Assembly: GCA_048213135.1 (NCBI GenBank)
Contig: PS015335.1
Span: 1 to 39,038 of the forward strand
Direction: 5' to 3'
DNA: 39,038 nucleotides
Origin: Reclinomonas americana ATCC 50394
Lineage: Eukaryota
Positions 1-10,177 of this stretch are shown here, one piece after another. The position numbers and the translations under genes were made by a program. Under the pieces are notes generated by a model that was given only the letters and a program-made list of their open reading frames with translations, was not told the DNA's origin and did no database searches. How positions within the stretch are numbered: position 1 is the first letter of the stretch; the number at the start of each line of letters is the position of its first letter.

Positions 1-146
1 ACATGCTGTTTTTTGACAACGAGCGCGGCAACATCTCCACCGTCAGTCGCATCGGCGTGGTGAGCATCTACTGCCCCGACGGCATGACGGCCGACATTTG
101 GGAGCACGGCTTGCGTGAGTTTGCGGCCGCAAAGCAGAGGAAATGA
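1..146 (+). CDS. MDP1: Magnesium-dependent phosphatase 1 (HAD IIIC), last exon; on a contig that appears inverted relative to the rest of the gene
   Basis: Translates as (D)MLFFDNERGNISTVSRIGVVSIYCPDGMTADIWEHGLREFAAAKQRK*, the MDP-1 C-terminal MLFFD[DN]E motif. It joins exactly in frame with the minus-strand exons ending at 725. Confidence 0.85.
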   Translation, partial: MLFFDNERGNISTVSRIGVVSIYCPDGMTADIWEHGLREFAAAKQRK

Positions 147-316
147 GGAACGCGAAGAGAGAGTGCATGCCAGTCCCTCTCCTGCAAGTTTGCATGAATT
201 TTGTGTTGTTTATCTACCTGGCAAACTCAAACGATACGAGGACAGAGAGTGATGAGACGAAAGAGAGCGAGAGGGAGGGAGGACGAAGAGAGGCAGTAAG
301 TGGATGCCGAGTGCGT

Positions 317-636
317 TTAGTAGCGGTTGCCACCACCTCGTGATGACTGCGCAGCATACAGACAGGGAGTGAGTTTTAGTCACTGATGAGGCACACGACA
401 GGATCGCACAAGGGCACTCACCGAACCACCGCCACGACCACCACCACCGCCACCGCCACCGCGCCCACCACGATCCCCACGATCGCCGCGGTCACCACGA
501 TCACCACGGTCACCGCCACCACCTCGACCTGAGTAGCCGCCGCTGCCGCCACCACGACCACCGCCTTCGCCACCACCAGAGCCACCGCCACGACCACCGT
601 ATCCACCGCGCTGGCCGTAGCCACCACGTCCGCCAC
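317..636 (-). CDS. 3' end of an RGG/Gly-rich protein (probable RNA-binding protein); 5' part missing
   Basis: GGRGGYGQRGGYGGRGGG...(DRG)5...GGGS, then an intron (gtgagt...cgcag), then SSRGGGNRY* with TAA at 317-319. Only the low-complexity tail is visible. Confidence 0.6.
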
Positions 637-724
637 NNNNNNNNNNNNNNNNNNNNNNNNNNNNNNNNNNNNNNNNNNNNNNNNNNNNNNNNNNNNNNNN
701 NNNNNNNNNNNNNNNNNNNNNNNN

Positions 725-851
725 CCTTGCGGGCAAGCGTGAGACGACGAGTGCGTTCATGGACTCGAGCAGCAACAACAAGCTCACCTCCAGTGCAATA
801 CCCGTTCTGCAGCAGTGCACGCGAGACGTCAGTTTGTTTACCAACTGCAGC

Positions 852-884
<33 letters not shown>

Positions 885-1487
885 GCAACTTTCTGGCCAG
901 CGTGCGAAAGTGCTCCGACTTGGAGGCCTTGTAGATTTCCGAATGGTGCGCCGTCTCGTGCAACTTGCGGCCCCCACTCGTCTCAAACAACCGCAAACAC
1001 TCCTCCGCCCTAATCGCACACACAGAGTCGGTCCTCCACGTCTTTGCGAAGAAGAAGCGTCCCTTTTCTCTCTCCCTCCAGCCTACCACTCGGGCTCATC
1101 GCAGCAACTGACCCACGCCACCGTGACGCCCTCCCAGTGATCCGCCGTGTGCAACTCGTGCAGGATGTTCTGCGAGTCGCCCATCAGATTGACTTTCTGG
1201 CCCTTGCGATCGACCAGTTGCCCGCTGTGCTTGCCGCTCTTGAAGGGAGCTCCCCCGCCCCACAGCTGGTACATTTCCGGGTACCATATGGTGCCGTCTG
1301 TTGGAGAGCGGGGTGAGAGAGAGAGAGAGAGAAGGAGGCATGCGCACATGCATGCACACAGACACTCACCGAGATCAAATGCCACCAGCTTCGGTCGCAC
1401 GTGGAGGTGTGCGGCAGTGGATGACGATGATGACGAAGCCATTCTTGGGTTGATGGGTGTCAACAGTCGTGCCGCGAATGGCAGCAT
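725..1487 (-). CDS. MDP1: Magnesium-dependent phosphatase 1, 5' exons (4 introns)
   Basis: Spliced: ...RPKLVAFDL|DGTIWYPEMYQLWGGGAPFK...VAWVSCCDEPEW|AEECLRLF...EIYKASKSEHFRTLARK|TGIALE|. The HAD DxDxT motif forms across intron 1. In-frame ATGs lie at 1487 and 1442. Confidence 0.85.
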
Positions 1488-1859
1488 GGCGCCAGCGAAC
1501 ACACAGACGGCGAGAGCCACAAACACGAACCTGCGAGACAGTTTGAACGCGGCAATTGCGTCTCACCGACGAAACAATCGTGCAGGACAAATGCACATGC
1601 ACTGGTCCCCTTCTTTCTTTCTCTCTCTTTTGTCACACCCAGGGCATTCATGGGTCTTGGACAACCTTGACCCATTCGGGGTGTTGAACGCAGCGCACCT
1701 GCGTTGCCCCTTCTTTTTTCGCGTGACATAAACGTCGCAAAGGGCTTAATCGGGCTGTCGAAATGCCGGGAATCGGCTGCAGTCCCGTCAGCAATCTTGT
1801 CAATCCAAGATTATTATACGACTTTCCGAGAGCGAAGAACGAGACCCACGACCACGACC

Positions 1860-2792
1860 ATGACGACCATGATGACGACGCACGACGGAGGAGTGGAGCT
1901 GGAGTGGAGCGCCGTGGGCACGCCGTCTTTCAGTGTGCCGGTGTCGCCGACCCTGGCACAGTTCGTGGCCGTGGCCGACGCGCAGCTGGCGGGTGTGTGC
2001 GGCGACGATCTGGATGGTGAGCGAGCCGCATTTGGCCACCTTGGTGTCGCACTGCGACAGCCGGGTGTGCTGAGTGCGGTGCTCACCGACGTGCTCCACG
2101 ATCCGACGCGCTTGGCGACGGTGGTGGCCGACTCGGTGCGTCATCCGCTCGGCTTCTTGCGCATTGTGCTGGCGGTGGGTGACCACTTCCGCATGCGCCT
2201 CCACTACTTCCCGCCGGCCTCGGCGTCGGTGACCAGCGAGTTCCGCGAGGACGTGCATCCGCACAAGTGCAACTTTGTGTCTGTGAACGTGCGCGGCGCC
2301 TACGTCCACGAGTTGTGGGCGGAGTGCGATTCGGCTGACGCGGACGCTGCGTTGAAGCGCAAGGTGCTGACCGAGCGCGAGGACGATGCGTACGTGCTGG
2401 ACGATGTGCACCGTGCTCCTACGCTGCCGGCGAAGCTCGTGCACACGCACGATTTCACCGAGGGCGACGTCATGACGTTGCACCCGACCGTGCTGCATCG
2501 CCTCTCGCAGGTGCAGCCGGGAACGGTGACGCTGACGATGCGTGGCAAGCCGCGGAACCAGACGTTCATGTTGGTGGACGAGGACAAGGCGGCCGGCCTG
2601 GCCTCGCGAGTGCCGATGAACAAGCTGAGCGACGACGATGTGCGGAGTGCATTGCGCGACGTGGTGCAGCACCTGCACGCTGTCGATCAGCAGCATTCCG
2701 GCGCCAGCGGAGCCCGACGGATCGATGTGCGGCTGTCCACCACAGCAGCCTCCTCGATGGCGCCGATGATGGCCTCCAGTGCGGCTGCATAG
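1860..2792 (+). CDS. Intronless cupin-fold-like (His-rich) hypothetical protein, about 310 aa
   Basis: Uninterrupted ORF with strong GC3 bias. Motifs HPLGFLRIVL, RMRLHYFP, EDVHPHKCNFVSVNVRGAYVHELW and FTEGDVMTLHPTVLHRL resemble the two cupin metal-binding motifs (HxH...H). Confidence 0.6.
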   Translation: MTTMMTTHDGGVELEWSAVGTPSFSVPVSPTLAQFVAVADAQLAGVCGDDLDGERAAFGHLGVALRQPGVLSAVLTDVLHDPTRLATVVADSVRHPLGFLRIVLAVGDHFRMRLHYFPPASASVTSEFREDVHPHKCNFVSVNVRGAYVHELWAECDSADADAALKRKVLTEREDDAYVLDDVHRAPTLPAKLVHTHDFTEGDVMTLHPTVLHRLSQVQPGTVTLTMRGKPRNQTFMLVDEDKAAGLASRVPMNKLSDDDVRSALRDVVQHLHAVDQQHSGASGARRIDVRLSTTAASSMAPMMASSAAA

Positions 2793-2997
2793 CCGAGGCC
2801 AACCCAGATGATATGATTTTTAACAAGCTCCAGCCGTGTCGCGGACATTCTCCCCATATGGAGAACCGTTAGTTCTGCCGACACAGCTGCGAGCCATGAT
2901 GATACGAGATGATACGATACATTAATGATAATAACGATGATGATAATAATGAATGAATGAATGAATAATGATTGACATAAACTTCCCCTGTTTTTCA

Positions 2998-5900
2998 TTA
3001 TCTTCTTGGGGCGGCGGCGGCAGCAGCAGCAGCCCCGGCTGGAGCAGGCGGGGCTGTATCGGCGTGCAACGACCGGTACACGTCGGCAAACTGAGCCGAG
3101 GTCAGAATGCGCCGCACCGCAGCACCAAACACCTTGTCCGACTGCCACCGACAAACAAACAGCGTTAACAAAACAACAACAACAACACGCAGGAGAATCA
3201 AAGAACCCACCTCCAACACGCCCTCCTTGGCCGTGTTGTAGGTCGTCGAAAAGATCTCCACAACGCGATCAATGGTCGACTCGATGGCCTGTTGAGCACG
3301 CCAGTGAGCGAGAGAGCAGCAACGAAGAGAAAAAGCAGTGTGCATACATGCCTGGCGTGTCTCCTCAGTCGCCAGACGGCCCACAAACTGCAGCCATAGC
3401 CTCAGGTCCAGCACAAACTGGTTGACCGCTGCGAGGGAGATTCTCAAGAGGTCAAACAAGCGCACTCACACGTTAACCTCAAAAAAACACGCACCTGGTC
3501 TCGTAATGGTGACTCCCGTGGACTCGCCGTCGAGCCCGAGCGATACCCACAATCCACAGCGAGGGTCGGCGATAAAGTGTGCCGACTCCTCCACAAACTG
3601 CGTGAGAACCTCACTGATGCTCATGGAGCGGCGATCCATGAAGAAGGGTCGCATCGACACGGCCGCGTCACTCAAAATGTGGCACACTTCGCCAAAGAAC
3701 GAGGTCGGGGCCGCCTGTGCCGGGTCGGAGAACGGATGCTGTGGGCGAGAGACGCGCGCTCAGTCGACGGTGCACAGCATCCACCCCAGCACCACACACG
3801 AATGGAACGCAACGTCGGGATACGGACGAGCCGGTGGAAGCAAGTGGACTTTGGCCAGGCGCGTCAGCACCATGTGCATGTAGTCCGAGTGGAAGTCTCG
3901 CTCGCTGTTGCACAGATACTTGCGTAGTCTGTCCAGCTCCGGAATGTTTTGCTTCAGACGACCCTGCATTCCATGCAACACGCGTGGCGGTGTGAATCAA
4001 AACCGTGGGGATCAAGCGGTGCAGCTCAGGCACGAAACCTTAAAGTCCTCAATGACGCGCGGCAGCAGGTCGTCGGTCATCGACACCACGTTGGAGATCA
4101 TGGCAAAGTACTGCGAGACAAAATACAGTTAGCGACACACAAACGTCGAGACGCGCACCGATCCAACAACACTCACATGTGAGTGCTCCACGAACGGACA
4201 CGAGTCGACCGAGAGCAGGTCGGCCAGACGCGAAATGTACTCGTCAAACACCGTGTTGATGCCACCGACCACCTCCGAGTAAATCTGTGCGGCATAGGAG
4301 AGGTGGTAAGGTGCAACTGAACTGACGATGAGCGCCTGAGAAGGGAGCGCACCTCGGTGGACAGGATCTTGGAGAGGTTGTGTGCAAACGACTCGGTGAG
4401 GTGGTAGATGGTGCGGCCGCTGGCGGTCAGAATCACACGCTTCTCCGTGTGCTGATCCCCGACGTCCTGCATCACCGGAACCTCACCAGCCTCCCAGGTC
4501 TCGGCAGCGAGAGACGACTGTGCGGCACACATGGAAAACGGGTGAGCGATCGGGCGAGACAAGGCCCACACCAGAAAGAATTGCTTGCGCACCTTGACTT
4601 CGTCGCGCATGGTGCCGACCACATGCTGAATGGCACCAATGAGGTCGCGCTTGAACAGCTGCTTGAGGTAGTAGTTGAGCGAGAGTCCCTGCTTCTCCAG
4701 CTGCCATGCAGGATCGGTGATCAACAAAACGCGGAAAAAACGGGAGAGTGCGGCCGAGACGAGACATACCGACTTGCAATGGCGATGTGCAATCTGCAGG
4801 CATCGAGCGGTTGTCTCGAACGCATCCGACAAGAACACTTGTGAGTGCAGCATCTCCGCAAACAGCTCCACCTCGCCGACGGCCCACGCAATCAGTGCTA
4901 CACAAGGCCACCGTCAGCATCCCAAGACACTCTGTTATTCGTCGCACCACATTGTGTGCACGCAACTGGAAAAGTCCGACGTCTCGACCGAGAACAGCTG
5001 GCGGAACTCCTTGGCCGTGTTGTCAAGCGTGGAGAACACCAGGTACGAGATCTCGTCCGTGTACTGCAAAATGTCACCCTGAAACTTGAGCTTTCGCACC
5101 TCGGAGCGGATCGACGTGGATCGGCTCTGCAAGAAGACAGCGCGCGCCTCGCTCGTGCGACCGAGTTTCACCAGCAGTACGACGATGCGCCGCGCCTCCA
5201 GTGTATCCAACGCCGGCACCCTGCACAGCACCACCGGTGGGGTTACTGCGAGGTGACGCTCGAAACAACACCGACAACAACAACACCGACGCAACTGCAG
5301 CATGCTGAAGAGGGCACGGATGAGGCGGTCGCGACGTGCATCGAGTTGTGCGTGCAGACCCTCGACATCAATCGACTTCCACTGGATGGCCGTGACTCGA
5401 TCTTCACGACTGACTTTCTGGCCGGCGTTGCGCTTCGAGTACGAGGCCGCTGCGGGAACCATGGTTGACGACGAAGCGCCACCGGCACCTGCACTCGCAG
5501 TCACCAGTCCGCCGGCGGTCGGGATCACAGCCGATGACGCTGCGGCAGCCGGCTTCACGGCACTCGGCGCCGAGTCGAGAATCGTGTATCCCTCCTCCAA
5601 CAGCGCCAGTGCCTTCTCGTACAGCAGGCACGCAAGAGCCACATCGACCTCGTCGGGAATGTCGCGCAGGTGTTCCAGCTCCTCCGACACCTCGGTGGCA
5701 GCCCTCGGCAAGCGGTAGTTGGCTGCACACATGCAAGTGTAAGCCGTTGCGTGCGAGTATATGTGTGATGCGTTCGAGCGACAAGCCTTCTTCCGGGTTC
5801 TCAAAGGCGAACCGCACATCACGAGACACGCGCAGAAAGTTGGCGGTCTCGCTCAACAGATTGCCCAGTTGCATCATCTGCTGCTCCATGGCTGCTCACA

Positions 5901-6429
5901 CGCAAAATGAGTCGTCGTCGTGCTCACACACATGCACAGCGCGAGGCGAAAACCAACCTGAGATCTCACGCGCAACATCAATGAACACTCGATACTCCTT
6001 GTGCACTGCACAAGAGAGTGAGCATGTTGGATCTTTCTGAGTGAGAGAGAGAGAGAGAGAGAGAAACGGAAGCACACCATGCTGCTTGAGTTGCTGCGAC
6101 AATGCCGCCTTTTCTTCGCGCAATCGTCGCAGATGAATGCGAACGCGTCCATCCGTCTCTTGCTCAAATCTCGCCTGTGAGTCTGCACTCGAGCACGTGT
6201 TATTCGCATGCACACACACGCGTGCGTGTGCTGCATGATGCACGCAACAATCAATGGGATCAAAGTCGCCTCTGGCAAACTGGCGATGACTGACAGTGTC
6301 GGAGACAGCACGAGCGACGGGTGCGCCTCCAGACGAGGAGGAGGTGACCCCAGAGCGCATGTCTGGTGGGCCTGTGCTGCCCGCACGAGTGCGTCGCATG
6401 GCTGGGATGATGGAAGACAAGTCCTGCAT
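2998..6429 (-). CDS. EXOC8: Exocyst complex component 8 (Exo84), multi-exon
   Basis: Vps51-like N-terminus (FDPIDY...VHKEYRVFIDVAREIS) and the Exo84 helical core (IPDEVDVALA; LLVKLGRTSEARAVFLQSRSTSIRSEVRKLKFQGDILQYTDEISYLVFSTLDNTAKEF; LIAWAVGEVELFAEMLHSQVF; LEKQGLSLNYYLKQLF). The start could be 6429 or a slightly downstream ATG. Confidence 0.8.
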
Positions 6430-6454
6430 GACGACGGATGTACAAGGAAGGGTT

Positions 6455-8100
6455 TTACTTCGAGAGAATGCCTCCCTCTTCGTCCACGAGCCACAGTCCG
6501 TACGACTTCATCTTCACTTCCTTGGGTGGCGACGAGCTGTTGATGTGGATCTGCAAAGAAAAAAACGTCAGCCGACTGCCCTTCTGCCACAAGCGTGCTT
6601 CCCTGACAAACGAACCACAACGAGCGAGCTCATGTCGCGCAGCTGCTCCGTCCACGGACCAGGCTTGCCCATCATAGCACGCAAAGAGAGGCCACTGCCG
6701 ACTTGGTGGCCGTCGAACCAGTCGAACACCAGGCGCCCGAGCCGACCGTGGTAGTCGATGAGATGCTGCAGCAGCATCTGCTCGTTGTGGGTGCTCCAGT
6801 GTGTGTCGAGCAGACCGAGAAGGTGCGTCACGAGTCGCATGGAGAACTGAGTCGGCCGCAGCGTGAAGACGCCAACATTGGCGGACATGTAGCGTCGTTG
6901 GTCGCCACAGACGCGCGTCACCCACGGAGGCGGTAATACGCTGCGACCCACCGTGTAGTTCCACGGCGCGCGACGCCGCTCAATCGCCGGTGTGCCCACC
7001 GTTTCCGCAAAGTCCATGGCCTCCCAGAGAATGTCGACCTGCGCTAGCAAGTCGGGGGCGGTGTGCTCGTCATCTGCGTCGGCCAGCGCCGCGATGTTGG
7101 ACAGGTGGCCGACAAACACCGCATCGACGTCCATGTGGAACGGTCGGTAGCCGCAGCGCAGCAGCATGTAGGCGTAGAGCCACTTCAGATTGATGGCGGC
7201 CGGGTACGACATGGGCAGTGGGCCGCGACCCTGCGACCTGCGATTGCCACGAGAGTGAGGATGACGGACTGCTGCAAGAGAAGACAGTGTGTGCGTGGAT
7301 GCATGCAAATACCAGCCACTCTGATCGAGAAAGGCGAAAGCAGGCTTGCCGAGTGAAGCCAGCAGCCGCAGCACTGTTTCGTGCGTCAACTGGTCCTCGC
7401 AGACAATCAGCGGCATCACGTGGTCGCCGTGATACATCCAGAAATGCAACAACCAGTTGTGCGCCAGCTGCAACCAAGTGACGCTGTCGACGCCGGGTTC
7501 CAATTTCAGAACGGTGTACACGACAAAGCGATCGCTGCTGCCGGCGACCGTCAACACCAACGGGTGCGTTGTGAGGTGACGCGCGAGACGCGCCAGTTCG
7601 GTGCGGTTTTCCCGGAAAGCCGATTCAATGGGGAAGAGCGACTGCGGCGTAGCACCGTGCGGGCGACCGACGGACGCCACCGCCTCGATCAGTGACCTGG
7701 GGGTCGTCAGCACCCTCCACAGGTGCGACTCGGTGCGCTCGCAGAACTCGTCGGCGTACAGATCGTAGAGTGGTTTCGCCGGTTGATCGCTGCTGTCGTC
7801 ATTGCTGTCAGCCTCTCCCTCCGGCACAGGTGATTGGCGCACCACCAGGCTGCGGTCCACACGTGAGGGGTCCGGCAGTGGTGGTGGCGGTCTCCAGAGG
7901 CCACGTGCGGCAAACACGCGACCAAAGTGCTCCCTCGCACACGATTCATCTCGACTGGCCAAACACAACGCAAGTGCGATTTGTGTTCGCGAACCGCGAG
8001 AGAGTGCGCCAGTCAGCAGCTGTCTTCCGCGTGACCAGTCGGCAAGCATGGCACGGTCAACATTGCTCGCAGTCGGCAACGTTGCGTCCGTGGAGGAAGC
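6455..8100 (-). CDS. Nucleotide-diphospho-sugar transferase (GT77-like glycosyltransferase), catalytic region; 5' end runs toward the gap
   Basis: KWLYAYMLLRCGYRPFHMDVDAVF (DxD), NVGVFTLRPT, HNEQMLLQHL. After a short intron near 6551-6614 comes IHINSSSPPKEVKMKSYGLWLVD, matching the family's C-terminal H-x-N...K...GLW motif. TAA at 6455-6457. Confidence 0.7.
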
Positions 8101-8154
8101 GCGTGTGGGAGAAGCAACAGGGAACGTCCAGTGGCGTGGTCTCTGAGGGTGAGG

Positions 8155-8185
<31 letters not shown>

Positions 8186-9266
8186 GAGGTCGAGTCGTGG
8201 ACGTAGGTGTAGTACTCGTCGTACTACTTAGTTCGCCGTACGACGACCGTCTACGACGCCGACCCGACCCGGACCGGACGTACGGTCGACCGACGGGCGG
8301 GACGGACCAACNNNNNNNNNNNNNNNNNNNNNNNNNNNNNNNNNNNNNNNNNNNNNNNNNNNNNNNNNNNNNNNNNNNNNNNNNNNNNNNNNNNNNNNNN
8401 NNNNNNNNNNNNNNNNNNNNNNNNNNNNNNNNNNNNNNNNNNNNNNNNNNNNNNNNNNNNNNNNNNNNNNNNNNNNNNNNNNNNNNNNNNNNNNNNNNNN
8501 NNNNNNNNNNNNNNNNNNNNNNNNNNNNNNNNNNNNNNNNNNNNNNNNNNNNNNNNNNNNNNNNNNNNNNNNNNNNNNNNNNNNNNNNNNNNNNNNNNNN
8601 NNNNNNNNNNNNNNNNNNNNNNNNNNNNNNNNNNNNNNNNNNNNNNNNNNNNNNNNNNNNNNNNNNNNNNNNNNNNNNNNNNNNNNNNNNNNNNNNNNNN
8701 NNNNNNNNNNNNNNNNNNNNNNNNNNNNNNNNNNNNNNNNNNNNNNNNNNNNNNNNNNNNNNNNNNNNNNNNNNNNNNNNNNNNNNNNNNNNNNNNNNNN
8801 NNNNNNNNNNNNNNNNNNNNNNNNNNNNNNNNNNNNNNNNNNNNNNNNNNNNNNNNNNNNNNNNNNNNNNNNNNNNNNNNNNNNNNNNNNNNNNNNNNNN
8901 NNNNNNNNNNNNNNNNNNNNNNNNNNNNNNNNNNNNNNNNNNNNNNNNNNNNNNNNNNNNNNNNNNNNNNNNNNNNNNNNNNNNNNNNNNNNNNNNNNNN
9001 NNNNNNNNNNNNNNNNNNNNNNNNNNNNNNNNNNNNNNNNNNNNNNNNNNNNNNNNNNNNNNNNNNNNNNNNNNNNNNNNNNNNNNNNNNNNCGGGAAGG
9101 ACGGACGGTAGGACGGTACGGAGGAACGGTAACGGTAACGGTACGGGTACGGTACGGGTAGGTACGGGTAGGAGGTAGGAGGAGGAGGAGGAGGAGGAGA
9201 GAGAGAGAGAGAGAGAGAGAGAGGGTCAGCGTTGCAGTGTGATCCTGTCACATTTGCTCGACACGC

Positions 9267-10114
9267 TCAGCGCACCACCGGCACGTGCACGCGGAGGGCA
9301 CACACAAAGTCGCGGACAACGAGCAGGTCCGGGTCCGCACCGACGAGGTTGGTCCACGCAATCTCCGCCAGTTTATCTCTCGACCAACCAGTCCGCTCTG
9401 CGAACGCCACGACTACCACACCACGCCATGCCTCAGCACACATGGAAACACCGCCTCCAGCAGCACAGCCTTGGCACACAAACCTGTCTCGCGAACAGAC
9501 TGCGCGTCGCCAAACATCACATCGTGCGACTGCTGGCCACGAACATTAACACGCCATCCCACCTGCGATCCGTCCACAGCATCCCGCGGTGCATCGAAAT
9601 ACAACAGTGGCTCCTGCGGCGTGCTGAACAAGTACCCGCAGCCGATCGCAGCCGCTCGTTCTCTCTACGATACATGCGTCGGCGACAAGTGCAATGCCAA
9701 GATTTTCCGCCCTCAACACACCATCAGAAGCCGATACGCTCGCTGTTGGAGTGATTCGTCGCTGTGGCCCGCAAGCGTCACTGTGTGGCACACGATGATC
9801 AACAAATCATGCGGAGAAATCAGCCACCGCTCTCATCCTTGCGCAACATGCATCGCCCAACGTCGTCGACTGTTGCACATGCGTGTGCTTGTCTGTGTGA
9901 CGCATGATTATTATGCACGCAAACCAACGACGCTCTCTTGACACACACACTAGATTGGCAAACCTGTGATCTCACTCAGCAGTCGCGCGACTGTCTCACT
10001 GCCGAGGGTGCGCACAAACGGACGCAGTGGAACTCCTCCCAGCTGCTGGCCGTGTACATGGACGACAACAAGAGCGACAACTGCAAGGAGCACGAGAGAC
10101 ACAGCTCTCAGCAT
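9267..10114 (-). CDS. Probable 5' exons (signal anchor and stem) of a secretory-pathway protein, likely the start of the GT77-like gene across the gap
   Basis: ATG at 10114 (or 10120) gives MLRAVSLVLLAVVALVVVHVHG, a hydrophobic signal/anchor, followed by several short minus-strand exon-like segments. Same strand as the GT77 exons. Exon boundaries and linkage are uncertain. Confidence 0.4.
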
Positions 10115-10177
10115 GTGCATGCGAAAGCAACGAAGGAAGAAGTCCTGATCATGCAGGACACTTGCTTGTGTGTTGGA

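Noticed and set aside
8185-9180. Odd TACG/GACG/GGTAC-rich sequence on both sides of the gap, resembling a novel repeat or element end
   Set aside because: It begins right after microsatellites at contig ends and has the cyclic T-A-C-G texture of out-of-phase pyrosequencing read tails, so it is most likely an artefact.
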